NCBI GenBank assembly: GCA_965649765.1
Contig: OZ287752.1
Span: 43,214,001-43,278,000 of the forward strand
DNA from: Bispira polyomma
Taxonomy: Eukaryota
Length of the DNA: 64,000 bases
Direction of reading: 5' to 3'
Part shown: one piece after another, positions 39,524-52,700 of the stretch
How the letters are laid out: each line of letters begins with the position of its first letter
How positions within the stretch are numbered: position 1 is the first letter of the stretch
Program-made: the position numbers and the translations under genes
The notes under the pieces: model-generated
Told to the model about the DNA's origin: nothing
The model's database searches: none
Seen by the model: the letters and a program-made list of their open reading frames with translations, nothing else

Positions 39524-40098
39524 AGCCTAGTCACACCTAGACGTGCTGTCGTCCTACAACGTAGCAAAGCAATATAACTAAAAACGGGGTAGTTTCGTAT
39601 CTAAGTGACGTCATTTTCACAAAGGCGCAGTCGAATGTGACGTTTTTGTGACGATGTTGGCACATATACATATGGAGCGGGGTGAGGGGGGATCGGTCAC
39701 TTTACTGGTAGGATATCATTACCTACTACTATGTACTTCTAGTTTCTTGTCCGTTCGGTTGCGTTATGATACCTAGTAAAACGTTCTACGACAAATACTG
39801 ACGAGTGGAGAAGACCTCACTACTAACTGCTACGTTATGCTACTCATATAGATGAGTGGAGACGTCCTTGAAAAACGGAGAGCTCTGTCATGATTTTTTC
39901 AAACAGTTTGAAATAATTGTTACAGCCGACTAAACAGAAACATTTCCGTAACAATACCATCCGTTAAGTAATGTCACGGAACGAACGCACCAGGGATCCT
40001 CACTTTGGCATTACCTTCTACTACGTTTATACTAGGTTTCCAAACAGTTAAAAATGTCACACACACGTAGCTCCAACACGTGTGGGTGTGACCTAGCT
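39524..40098. mobile_element. Non-autonomous DNA transposon, PIF/Harbinger-like, 575 bp
   Basis: TIRs AGCCTAGTCACACCTAGACGTG versus reverse complement of the right end AGCTAGGTCACACCCACACGTG (17/22). The interior is CpG-rich compared with the flanks. The superfamily is inferred from TIR resemblance. Confidence 0.7.
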
Positions 40099-40195
40099 TT
40101 AATCAAGTAAATGTTTGTGACCTGTCAAGCTATCTGTGTTAATTTTGTCTCCATCTCTCAGACATGGCAAATATATTGATCATTATCCTATGTAC

Positions 40196-40308
40196 CAGGG
40201 GTCGTTTTCTCGAAAGGACTTAGCCAGGTCTTAGGCTTAAATCAGTATACTTTTGTGCTAGATTTAAGCCTAAGGCCTGGCTAAGTCCTTTCGTAAATAC
40301 GGACCCTG
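40196..40308. mobile_element. 113-bp hairpin MITE, copy 1
   Basis: Core arms 40211-40243 and 40261-40293 pair at 32 of 33 positions around a 17-nt loop. The outer ends CAGGG..CCCTG also pair. Confidence 0.9.
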
Positions 40309-40700
40309 TAGTACATCAGTCTGCAGAGGTGTATCCATTTTCATTCCTGCTTCTGGTGACAGTTCAAGCATTAATGGTTTGCACGATGCTTTCAAGTAAT
40401 GGGGGCTGTCTTGCTGTTGGTTTATAATTGGTAGCCACTAGTTTGTGAGAAAGGCTTCCAAACCATAATGATAATTTCTGCATCCTTTGTGCCAAGTAGG
40501 AGCAGCATTTCAGCTGATGGTCAATATTTTCTACACCTGCCCTAAGCAAATATCGTACTTATGTGTTCCTCAAACTTTTGTCAGTCGAGCTTGTGCGATA
40601 TCCGATTTAGAGTTTCATAATCTCTATTGTATTCAATTCTTGGTGAAATTCACATAAAAATAATGTCTACAAAGTTTAATTTTAGGTGACAAACTCTGCT

Positions 40701-40798
40701 TTATCACTGATCTTGAGTTTAGGAGCCGACTTAATTTTAGGAGGTCAGTTATCACTGATCTTGAGTTTAGGAGCCGACTTTATTTTTACTGGTCAGTT
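40701..40798. repeat. 48-bp direct duplication
   Basis: TTATCACTGATCTTGAGTTTAGGAGCCGACTT at 40701 and 40749. Confidence 0.92.
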
Positions 40799-42173
40799 AG
40801 TCTGGCTCTTGGAAATAATTGGGCAGCCGTCTGTGTTAATTAGAATATTTTGCAGGGGCTTATGTGAAGCAGTTTGAGGCCCTACTTGGAGAAACCAGTC
40901 ATGCAATGCCTTATCAAGTGTTGTTATTATAGTCATAGTTAGTGACAGTGGTAGGTTCCATTACCTTATCAGTTACAAGCATATTTAAGTTAACACTGAT
41001 GTACATTTGTTAATTAGTCTCCAGGGTATACTGTTTATAGAGATGTATTCAGTACACAGAGTGATATGCTACAGTACTATGTGAGTGATTCGCACTCCTG
41101 ACTCTAACACCATTACAAAAGTCAGACATAGTTATTGACACCCAGTAAACGACATTCATATTGACTTCTGCTAGACTCCTATTGGAAAACTTTATTACAC
41201 CATTAGTTACTCCACATATTTACAGACTCTGACAATTCACAGAATAGAATGTAGCAAAGAAGAGCTGTCAGAATTTCCACGTTTCCATTCTTCACCAATG
41301 ATAGAACTACACACACTGACACTCTGTGGGGGACTAAAGATTAGAAGTATAAAACATATCTGGTAATAATATAATAATTAAAGAAGACAGATTGATTGTA
41401 AGGCAGTTAATACCTTTATAACATGGTCAGCGAGTACAGGGAAGATTTAAAGCTAGAGACCTTCTTATCTCCTGTGTATTTGTGGAAATCTAAATGTCCT
41501 TTTTGTAAAATTTCCTTGTAAGTCTACATTTATGTTTTAATACAAGGATGACTAAGGTCAGCTTTTGAGAAGCATTATGCAGTAAGACCTGGAAGGAACA
41601 CTCCTCAGGGACCTGGGCACATTATCTTGACTTTAATGGGCTGTAAATCTTTTATTCAGTCATTTACAGCGTTGCATTATAATAGACACGGATAATACAT
41701 TTGGCAATGCACTGGATATGGTTGATGCATGGCATAGCGAATTTAATTTAAAAAATTTAAATATTTGAATATTCATCTCTTATTTTAGAGGGGCTAGGAT
41801 AAAGTACTAAGCATGATATACTTTGGTGTATAAAGTTGTAACACCCCCCCCCCTCCCCCCCCCACACACACACACGGACAAACCATTTACCCTACATTCA
41901 GACGTTCATCCGACCCAACCTACACCTTTTCACCTTGGGACAATGTTTATTCAACAATTTTAATAATATTTTATGGTTAATACCTTTTAAATAATGAATT
42001 ATAACCATTTTAAGTTCATTTTTACTTGTAAACATATTTAACGCCTCTGTCTTCCGGTTTCATTCGGGCAGGTTTTTCATTTTGGAAATACGTTCCAGTT
42101 TCTTCACAACTTTCTTTTTATGTCCCAATATCAGCCGATATTGAAGTAATTATAAGTTCGATATCAATATCCA

Positions 42174-42710
42174 CCATTCATTCCTATTGTCCCTAATTCG
42201 CACTGAGGTTCTGAGAATTCCAAAATATCTACTTTATATACACCCGGAGAGTTGATCTGAAGAAGATCCAAACGATTTACCCACTACTGTGAGTGGGAGG
42301 GTGAATGATGGAGAATTCTGATTCATCGTCATACTCCAGCAAACAGCCGGAGACCCTTATTTTGTTTTATTTTAATGAGATGACCTCTTACCAATGCAGT
42401 GTCATTGAGAACCAGCAAAAATGCCTTGGCAATCCCTCACCAATGCGCACAAGTTATAATGGGAATTATTAACGAAGCATAGGCGAGTATACCACAAGGA
42501 TCGAAGAATGGTTGGCCATGAGGGGCGCAGATAAGCAAGTTACTACCTATCAGATACAGGCAAAGGTTCACTATAATAAAAATATCAGGGAGAATTTGGA
42601 CAACGGAGGGGGACGGATCTTCTCCGGATCAACTCTCCGGGTGTACACATAGTATACATTTTAAAATTCTTGAAACCTCAGTGTAAAGCAGTGACAATAA
42701 GGATGAATGG
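42174..42710. mobile_element. 537-bp element with 96-bp imperfect terminal inverted repeats
   Basis: 42174-42269 aligns without gaps to the reverse complement of 42615-42710 (core TACACCCGGAGAGTTGATC.G.AGAAGATCC). No TSD visible. Confidence 0.8.
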
Positions 42711-45700
42711 GAAATGATCGTAAAGAATAGCCTATCGTGCTCCCAATTCACCACAGTGAGACCTAGGCATAATACTTTTCACTGTACACTGAAGAATATA
42801 TATCAGGATTACAGTGTAGAGATTGGAATGCACTAAACCTCAGTTTAATTTGACCCGCCTTTGGTTACATGTGGACATTTAACTCCAGTTTCCTGCCTGC
42901 AACAGCTGTTACTTGAGATCTAGCAATGTTCTCACTGTGACCCCATCTTTGATCAAAACATCAGACTACTCTATACCAGCTCTTATTGGACTTCTGTTTT
43001 GTTGGACTAATACTGACCTTGAACCTCTTTTTACATTATTCATTTTGACACAATAATCGAGTGTCTTGAGTTGTACCTTTCCCCTGATTTCTATTCTGCA
43101 TTGTAAAACAAAGCTAGACTACTATTTTATTGTCATGCTTTTATTGGAATCCGTTAATCTAAAATAGTCTATTCAATATCTGTAATGCCCTGTCATAACT
43201 GATAAGCGACTTAATCTACACATTATTTATACAAACTGATTGGGAAAATGTAAGGATTTTCATGCTGTTTTTACTTTTTCGATACTTTTATGTGTGATTG
43301 AATACTGATGTCGGACCATGTTGAACTAACCATTTTGTTCTTCAAATATTTTATGTAAGAGCATCTGCCTTTTGAAATATGAGCACAAGTTAACATTCAT
43401 ATATGAATGTTTGTCATCTTCCTGTGATATAAAACCATAGTATTTTTTAGATGTTCATTTTTAACTGTGCTTCGCAATAAGCAGCACTGTGTAAAATAAC
43501 TTAAAGCATAACAGTGAAAAAAATTCATCTCCTTCTTTTTAAACTCTGGTAGATTCTATAAACATGAAAAGAAGCAGTATATGTTGATGTAAACGAACAG
43601 TGTCATTCCCGTGTGTTGTGCTAAGCCTACAGTGGAAGAGATGGGGAGTTGAGTGAGATCTCGGTCATTAAAGACTATTTGGCAAACCATTGTCTTGTAA
43701 TAAAATAGAGAGTTGGTTGCTAGCCAGACTTTGTGTGGATATTCAGACCTCGTACACAAGTTGTTGCCTCATTACCCTGTAGAGTTTCCTATCTCAAGGC
43801 TATCAATGTTGTGTGGGATACGAGAGAGATGGTATGCCCGATAGTGTACAGTTTAAATGGTCATATTTAGGAATATGTTTTCTTATTACAAGAGTAAACA
43901 CACCACTTAAAAGACAATCTAAGGACACAGCATCATTTACTAAATCAGAGGATGCATTGATATACTGCCATAGAATAGTCCACCCTATAGTGTTAATGAG
44001 GAATAATTTACAAAATAATATCAGTTGCATCAGATTTATAAGATCATTGTTTAAAAGAACAACTGGTCCTTGCCATCTTCAGCTTACTGACACATACATA
44101 GTGTCTGTCTATCACTGGGCAGTCTTTGTGTATTAAAGTGATCAGGTTTTGCATCTAACACAATTGTTGCATTGTATTTTAGGTAAACTTAAATTCAGTC
44201 TGCTCATATTTATCCTAAGGAATACTGTAATCATAATTAAGTTGAGTAGACCTAGATGTGAGCCGTGGTGGCTGGGTAAGTCTTGTTTTGTGGTATCAAG
44301 AGGGGCATTGATCAGTGACAGGCTTGCAATGGCTCTATGCTTGCGTGAGGAGACCCTCTGGTAATGAGTGGTTGTCACCCACAGCTACTTCCCAACTAGT
44401 TGATTGCCAAGCTTAATACAACTCCTTAATCAGGCTTAATGCTAAGCCAGCAATTGGACATATGACGTGCAGCGCTGGCCTACTTGGCTAATGATTTATT
44501 CCTGGCTCCTATCTCTCAAGACAAGAACTTCTTACACCCCTTTAGGTTTACTGTCTAATATTATTATTACTACTACCAGACGTTTTTGATGCAAAGCATC
44601 AAACCATTTATTTTTGTTGCAAAGAGGTAAATAGAAGATGAATAACAACAAGGTTAGCCTGAAAATACAGACAAAAAACAACAGTGGATGAGTTAAAAAG
44701 ATACGTTTTCAACTTTCTATAAAACTATTAATGTACGGCAGAGCTTTGGTTCATCAGGATCAAAACTGCGGTCAAATTGAACCTTTGACTTTGAACTCTA
44801 GATCTGTAAATTAGAACATGAATGTGTTGCTAGTGCACCTGGTATTTGCTTGGCATGTGTATACCGGTATAAGTAGAGCTTACAGCAGTTGGGCAGGCCA
44901 GAGTAAGAGTAGTTATAAACTATAGTATAGTCTTAAATACACAACGTTGTCTGATTGTAAAACAATGCAGTGATTTAGGAACTGGTACAATGTTTCAGAA
45001 CCCAGAAGAGTTGTTGACCATTCAGGATGAAGATTTTGATGTTGAAAAAAATGTAAGCTGTAGTTGTGAAGTACATGAATGTATTTACCAGGATAAGATA
45101 TGAATTGTTTTAAGTGTTGTTAAGGACATAAAACATTCAGTAACTGATTATGAACGACAAGACATTCCTCTTTGTAGCATCATGTTGAAAATGTGTCTCT
45201 TTTATATATTTAAAAACTTAGTTATATGTGTATTAACATTCTGTATTAATAAGACAGTACACACTGGATCCAACATTTTTACAAATGAATGAGCTCAGTA
45301 CCTGACAAAAGTCGTACCTGTAGTAACTGTTGACTGCTGCTTGCTGACCTCAGTAACACATCTGTGTGTTCATTATAAGCTTAAGGAAAGACGAGAACGC
45401 ATAGCCTTGCTGTATCTCCTCTTAAAGCAGTGTTGTGTTATGAATGAATTACACAGTTCACTTGGTCTCTCCGGACACAGATCCCCAAGAAATTACTCCC
45501 TCTGCGGCACATCATGGGCAGGCTTAATTAAATTGTAGAAAATGTGACACACTGGGCTGTGAAAAGACAGACACCCATCGAGCTGGTCTCTGTCTGTAGG
45601 AAGAGAAGTGATAGATCGTGTGGAAACATATCTGTAAAACATCACATCTATAACTACTGTCCAGTTATAACTTGGTGCAAAAATACAGTAACACAGGCAA

Positions 45701-45826
45701 AGCATTAGGCTGTCGAAATATGCCTTCAACTTTTTACACTGTTGACATGAGCAAGGACATTTTCCACATCACCCATCCTTGCTCTGGAATCAAAACAAGA
45801 AAAACTACAAACGATGAGACGATTTC

Positions 45827-48800
45827 CTGGCCCCTGCTTGTCTACAGTTCTGTAATCAGTGAGGTCAGAACATTAGACCCTTGTCTTGTGATGTCACTGG
45901 CCCTTTCTTGTCTACAGTTCTGTAATCAGTGAGGTCAGAACATTAGACCCTTGTCTTTTGATGTCACTGGCCCTTTCTTGTCTACAGTTCTGTAATCAGT
46001 TAGGTCAGAACATTAGACCCTTGTCTTATGATGTCACTGGCCCCTGCTTGTCTACAGTTCTGTAATCAGTGAGGTCCGAACATTAGACCCTTGTCTTTTG
46101 ATGTCACTGGCCCTTTCTTGTCTACAGTTCTGTAATCAGTGAGGTCAGAACATTAGACCCTTGTCTTGTGATGTCACTGGCCCCTGCTTGTCTTCAGTTC
46201 TGTAATCAGTGAGGTCAGAACATTAGACCCTTGTCTTGTGATGTCACTGGCCACTCCTTGTCTACAGTTCTGTAATCAGTGAAGTCAGAACATTAGACCC
46301 TTGTCTTTTGATGTCACTGGCCACTCCTTGTCTACAGTACTGTAATTAGTGAGGTCAGAACATTAGACCCTTGTCTTATGATGTCACTGGCCCCTCCTTG
46401 TCTACAGTTCTATAATCAGTGAGGTCAGAACATTAGACCCTTGTCTTATGATGTCACTGGCCCCTGCTTGTCTACAGTTCTGTAATCAGTGAGGTCAGAA
46501 CATTAGACCCTTGTCTTATGATGTCACTGGCCCTTTCTTGTCTACAGTTCTGTAATCAGTGAGGTTTGAACATTAGACCCTTGTCTTTTGTGATGTCACT
46601 GGCCCCTGCTTGTCTACAGTTCTGTAATCAGTGAGGTCAGAACATTAGACCCTTGTCTTTTGATGTCACTGGCCCTTTCTTGTCTACAGTTCTGTAATCA
46701 GTGAAGTCTGAACATTAGACCCTTGTCTTTTGTGATGTCACTGGCCCCTGCTTGTCTACAGTTCTGTAATCAGTGAGGTCAGAACATTAGACCCTTGTCT
46801 TTTGATGTCACTGGCCCTTTCTTGTCTACAGTTCTGTAATCAGTTAGGTCAGAACATTAGACCCTTGTCTTATGATGTCACTGGCCCCTGCTTGTCTACA
46901 GTTCTGTAATCAGTGAGGTCAGAACATTAGACCCTTGTCTTGTGATGTCACTGGCCCCTGCTTGTCTTCAGTTCTGTAATCAGTGAGGTCAGAACATTAG
47001 ACCCTTGTCTTGTGATGTCACTGGCCACTCCTTGTCTACAGTTCTGTAATCAGTGAGGTCAGAACATTAGACCCTTGTCTTTTGATGTCACTGGCCACTC
47101 CTTGTCTACAGTTCTGTAATCAGTGAGGTCAGAACATTAGACCCTTGTCTTATGATGTCACTGGCCCCTCCTTGTCTACAGTTCTGTAATCAGTGAGGTC
47201 AGAACATTAGACCCTTGTCTTATGATGTCACTGGCCCTTTCTTGTCTACAGTTCTGTAATCAGTGAGGTCAGAACATTACACCCTTGTCTTTTGATGTCA
47301 CTGGCCCCCCCTTGTCTACAGTTCTATAATCAGTGAGGTCAGAACATTAGACCCTTGTCTTATGATGTCACTGGCCCCTGCTTGTCTACAGTTCTGTAAT
47401 CAGTGAGGTCAGAACATTAGACCCTTGTCTTTTGATGTCACTGGCCCTTTCTTGTCTACAGTTCTGTAATCAGTGAGGGCTGAACATTAGACCCTTGTCT
47501 TTTGTGATGTCACTGGCCCCTGCTTGTCTACAGTTCTGTAATCAGTGAGGTCAGAACATTAGACCCTTGTCTTTTGATGTCACTGGCCCTTTCTTGTCTA
47601 CAGTTCTGTAATCAGTTAGGTCAGAACATTAGACCCTTGTCTTATGATGTCACTGGCCCCTGCTTGTCTACAGTTCTGTAATCAGTGAGGTCAGAACATT
47701 AGACCCTTGTCTTATGTGATGTCACTGGCCACTCCTTGTCTACAGTTCTGTAATCAGTGAGGTCAGAACATTTGACCCTTGTCTTGTGATGTCACTGGCC
47801 CCTGCTTGTCTTCAGTTCCGTAATCAGTGAGGTCAGAACATTTGACCCTTGTCTTTTGATGTCACTGGCCCTTTCTTGTCTACAGTTCTGTAATCAGTGA
47901 GGTCAGAACATTAGACCCTTGTCTTTTGATGTCACTGGCCACTCCTTGTCTACAGTTCTGTAATCAGTGAGGTCAGAACATTAGACCCTTGTCTTTTGAT
48001 GTCACTGGCCCTTTCTTGTCTACAGTTCTGTAATCAGTTAGGTCAGAACATTAGACCCTTGTCTTATGATGTCACTGGCCCCTGCTTGTCTACAGTTCTG
48101 TAATCAGTGAGGTCAGAACATTAGACCCTTGTCTTGTGATGTCACTGGCCCCTGCTTGTCTTCAGTTCTGTAATCAGTGAGGTCAGAACATTAGACCCTT
48201 GTCTTGTGATGTCACTGGCCACTCCTTGTCTACAGTTCTGTAATCAGTGAGGTCAGAACATTAGACCCTTGTCTTTTGATGTCACTGGCCACTCCTTGTC
48301 TACAGTTCTGTAATCAGTGAGGTCAGAACATTAGACCCTTGTCTTATGATGTCACTGGCCCCTCCTTGTCTACAGTTCTGTAATCAGTGAGGTCAGAACA
48401 TTAGACCCTTGTCTTATGATGTCACTGGCCCTTTCTTGTCTACAGTTCTGTAATCAGTGAGGTCAGAACATTACACCCTTGTCTTTTGATGTCACTGGCC
48501 CCCCCTTGTCTACAGTTCTATAATCAGTGAGGTCAGAACATTAGACCCTTGTCTTATGATGTCACTGGCCCCTGCTTGTCTACAGTTCTGTAATCAGTGA
48601 GGTCAGAACATTAGACCCTTGTCTTTTGATGTCACTGGCCCTTTCTTGTCTACAGTTCTGTAATCAGTGAGGGCTGAACATTAGACCCTTGTCTTTTGTG
48701 ATGTCACTGGCCCCTGCTTGTCTACAGTTCTGTAATCAGTGAGGTCAGAACATTAGACCCTTGTCTTTTGATGTCACTGGCCCTTTCTTGTCTACAGTTC

Positions 48801-49785
48801 TGTAATCAGTTAGGTCAGAACATTAGACCCTTGTCTTATGATGTCACTGACCCCTGCTTGTCTACAGTTCTGTAATCAGTGAGGTCAGAACATTAGACCC
48901 TTGTCTTATGTGATGTCACTGGCCACTCCTTGTCTACAGTTCTGTAATCAGTGAGGTCAGAACATTTGACCCTTGTCTTGTGATGTCACTGGCCCCTGCT
49001 TGTCTTCAGTTCCGTAATCAGTGAGGTCAGAACATTTGACCCTTGTCTTTTGATGTCACTGGCCCTTTCTTGTCTACAGTTCTGTAATCAGTGAGGTCAG
49101 AACATTTGACCCTTGTCTTGTGATGTCACTGGCCCCTGCTTGTCTTCAGTTCTGTATTCAGTGAGGTCAGAACATTTGACCCTTGTCTTTTGATGTCACT
49201 GGCCCTTTCTTGTCTACAGTTCTGTAATCAGTGAGGTCAGAACATTTGACCCTTGTCTTGTGATGTCACTGGCCCCTGCTTGTCTTCAGTTCTGTATTCA
49301 GTGAGGTCAGAACATTTGACCCTTGTCTTTTGATGTCACTGGCCCTTTCTTGTCTACAGTTCTGTAATCAGTGAGGTCAGAACATTAGACCCTTGTCTTT
49401 TGTGATGTCACTGGCCCCTGCTTGTCTTCAGTTCTGTAATCAGTGAGGTCAGAACATTAGACCCTTGTCTTTTGTGAGGTCACTGGCCCCTGCTTGTCTT
49501 CAGTTCTGTAATCAGTGAGGTCAGAACATTTGACCCTTGTCTTGTGATGTCACTGGCGCCTGTTTGTCTTCAGTTCTGTAATCAGTGAGGTCAGAACATT
49601 TGACCCTTGTCTTTTGTGATGTCACTGGCCACTCTTTGTCTACAGTTCTGTAATCAGTGAGGTCAGAACATTTGACCCTTGTATTGTGATGTCACTGGCC
49701 ACTCCTTGTCTACAGTTCTATAATCAGTGACGTCAGAACATTAAACCCCTGTCTTGTGATGTGACTGGTCACTCATTGTCCACAC
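45827..49785. repeat. 70-bp satellite array, about 56 copies, with a 1194-bp higher-order duplication
   Basis: Unit TCTACAGTTCTGTAATCAGTGAGGTCAGAACATTAGACCCTTGTCTTDTGATGTCACTGGCCCYTKCTTG; period 70 (45841 and 45911), with occasional 72-bp units. Confidence 0.99.
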
Positions 49786-52700
49786 TACAGAGGCCAATGA
49801 GGTGAGAACATTATGGCTGTTATATGGTTTTCAACAAGAGCCACAGAGACACATGAATTTTCCTTTGTTGTATTTTAGGAGCATGTTTTTTATCTGTTCA
49901 CCATTGATGTATTTTAGAATTAAGACTGCTCCTATAATATTGGCCTACAACAATTGTATATGCAAGGGGTTTTTCCAATATGTAGAAATCAATGAAGATT
50001 TTCTACCCAAAGTAGTTTGTCTATTCCGAAAGATTTATCTGTTTCCTATCGATATGGAAGTCCGTGTGTTTGAGTGTGACCTTTATGTCAGCTCCTGAGG
50101 CATATCTGGACAAGCTAATGATTCTAAATAACTCAAAAGATATCTATTTTTACATCGTCCCAGTAATGTGTTTTCGAGAACAAACATTAGAGGAAGTTGC
50201 CTCGATGTATACATTTCAGATTATTGAGGAAGTGGCGTGGTTAATTGATGTCTAAACCAGGCCAATCAGTCCTAGCCATTGATTTGATCTATTTAGCAGT
50301 CCCTGTCCTCGTTTGTATACATTAAATAGGACTAAGCAGTGGACAATGGCTGGCTCTTGCTTTCTTTTACACAGGAGAAAGTAAATCGATGAGGTCAGAG
50401 CCATGCAAGGACTTGGGGCCATCGACTAGCTTCCGTTCTCCGAGTGGTGACGCCCCCACCAAAATGTGCTCATATCCAAACTTCATTAGCAGAAGTCTTT
50501 GTGTATGAATGGTCACAACCGCAGCAAAACCAGCACTCCACACACAGCTGATTCTCTGGTTCTTCTGCCAAAGTCTCCATTTAACCTTTTAGAATCCCAC
50601 TGGCCTTTACATAAGACTGATGAACCCCACTCTCTGAACTTCTCTGCTCTTACCCTCCATGATGTACAGGCAGTGTTGTGTTTAATATAGAAGTTTTTGC
50701 AATTACCTTTGTAACTGTTATTACCAAAAAAATTAATATAGTGCTACATTCTGTGAGATTGATTTATCTAATGAAATGTGTGTCTGTGGCATTTACAGAA
50801 AAACATATATTTGAGCTTTTGGGAGTTGTCTGTCTACACAAAACACTCAGTGGTGCACAAAGAGATATGCTATGTGCGGGTGTGAAACTTAATCCAACAC
50901 ACCAATGTTTTTAACACAAGCAATACAATACGAGTATTCTTATAGTCATTATGTCTAAATGGATCTGCAAACCAAAGGGAATATAATGGTTTTTCTTTAT
51001 ATATGTATTGATAGTTTCATCAGGACTAATAACAGGGATTCTCGCGGAGGTTTAGGCTGTGGGATTTAGGTGGCAGATTACTGGAGAAATGTCTCTTTAA
51101 CAGAGGCTAGGGGATTAACAGAGACAAGTAATCTCATCTGCCACACTGACTTTATAGACTGTGCAGAATTGAGTAGTTGTTTGTAGTGAGCTGTCCAGAA
51201 TGTTGTTATGGGAAATAGTCTTCTAGTATCATTGTTAAGAACAGCATTTCTAATCATGAATAGTGTGGGGTTGAAATGTACAAGCACTTGAGTCATTGCA
51301 CAGATGGTGAATTATTAATGAGGCTATAATGACTACAGGCACAGTCTGACTTTACATTTCAAAACTGTGTACTGTAGCAAAGTAAAATCTATACATAGGA
51401 GAGATGTATTTACTGTGTGAGGATCAATGAGGTAGCAGTGTGTATAGGCTGAGCTGATGGTCTGTAAATGTCCCTGACACCTGGTGTAGTAGCAGCCCTG
51501 ACTGACAGAAGGGAGAGATCTGTCACACTGGTCTACTTCCAGGATGGCAAAATGGGACACGGCCCACTGAAAACATCCACCCAAATAAGGAGTACCTCCG
51601 GAGAGACTTATCTCACTGATTAATACCAACAAATGCACACACTGGATATATATTGTCAATGTATTCTGTAACTCTGGCTCTATTGACACCTGGCTTACTA
51701 CATAGCATGGCAGGATTAATTCGGTTTGAAATAAATGGGATTACAGTGCTTGGAGAGAAGGTGCTAGTTGGTGGACAGGTCGTGTGTATGCACACCAGGG
51801 ACAGGTAAGAAAGCTCAGGTGTCAGCCTGCTTGAAAAATGTAATTACCTGCAAGGCAAGATTGACAGTTTACACACTCACACAAGGTATTCTGACTAGGG
51901 GTAAATAAATAATTTGGTTGTGACTTATTTACATGCTAAGGAATTTTAATGGGAATATATCCATACAACGGCCACAAGTTTGTTAAATGAAACTGCAGGA
52001 ATTTGTGTCATTACAAATATATTAGTACTGTTATATTAAAGCGACAAGTGTATGCTAAAATACTTGAGTGAGTTAATAAAACTCTCCGTGTGGACCTCGG
52101 TATGTGTGAGTGTCAAGTGGGGCCGAGGGAATGTTGATTAATATGGGAGTGAGGAAGAGTCACTCTTGTTATAAAAAGTAATCATTTGGAGCGGTGGTGT
52201 TAACTTGAGTTCTTGGTTAGTGATCATTATATTTAGTATGCTAAGTCAAAGTAGACAATATATACTTGATGGACAGGAAAAATAAGCATTGATACATCAC
52301 TGAGCTAGATTCTAAAATTATATTTCTCTCTTCCAGGCAGATCTGAAAAACCAATTTGAAAACTGTTATTGCAAGTTTAAGTCAGACTTAACATATTGAA
52401 GTATGTGTACATAATTTGAGATTGTGAGTTTGAGTTATGGTCTCACTGACATAGTTTTCTGTCCACATCCTGTCCCCACTAGTTTGTTTCTTTTTTGTTC
52501 TATATACCAAGACCTGTTTACAGTGTCTTTCTTAATGTCTTCTGTTCCTTATATATAGTTTGTCACTCCTAGTTATCTTCTACTTTCTTCCCCTATCGAA
52601 ATGCTCTGATTCTTTATGATGCCTTATTTGTGAATGAGTGTGCAGTACAAAGTATGCATTATTTCTAATGCGACATTAACATTCAGTTGTTAATAATGGT

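Noticed and set aside
43773-43794. miR-10-like sequence TACCCTGTAGA
   Set aside because: Only the first 11 nt match and there is no precursor hairpin.
45827-49785. CRISPR array
   Set aside because: Head-to-tail near-identical units with no unique spacers, no cas genes, and a eukaryotic context. The same applies to the other arrays.
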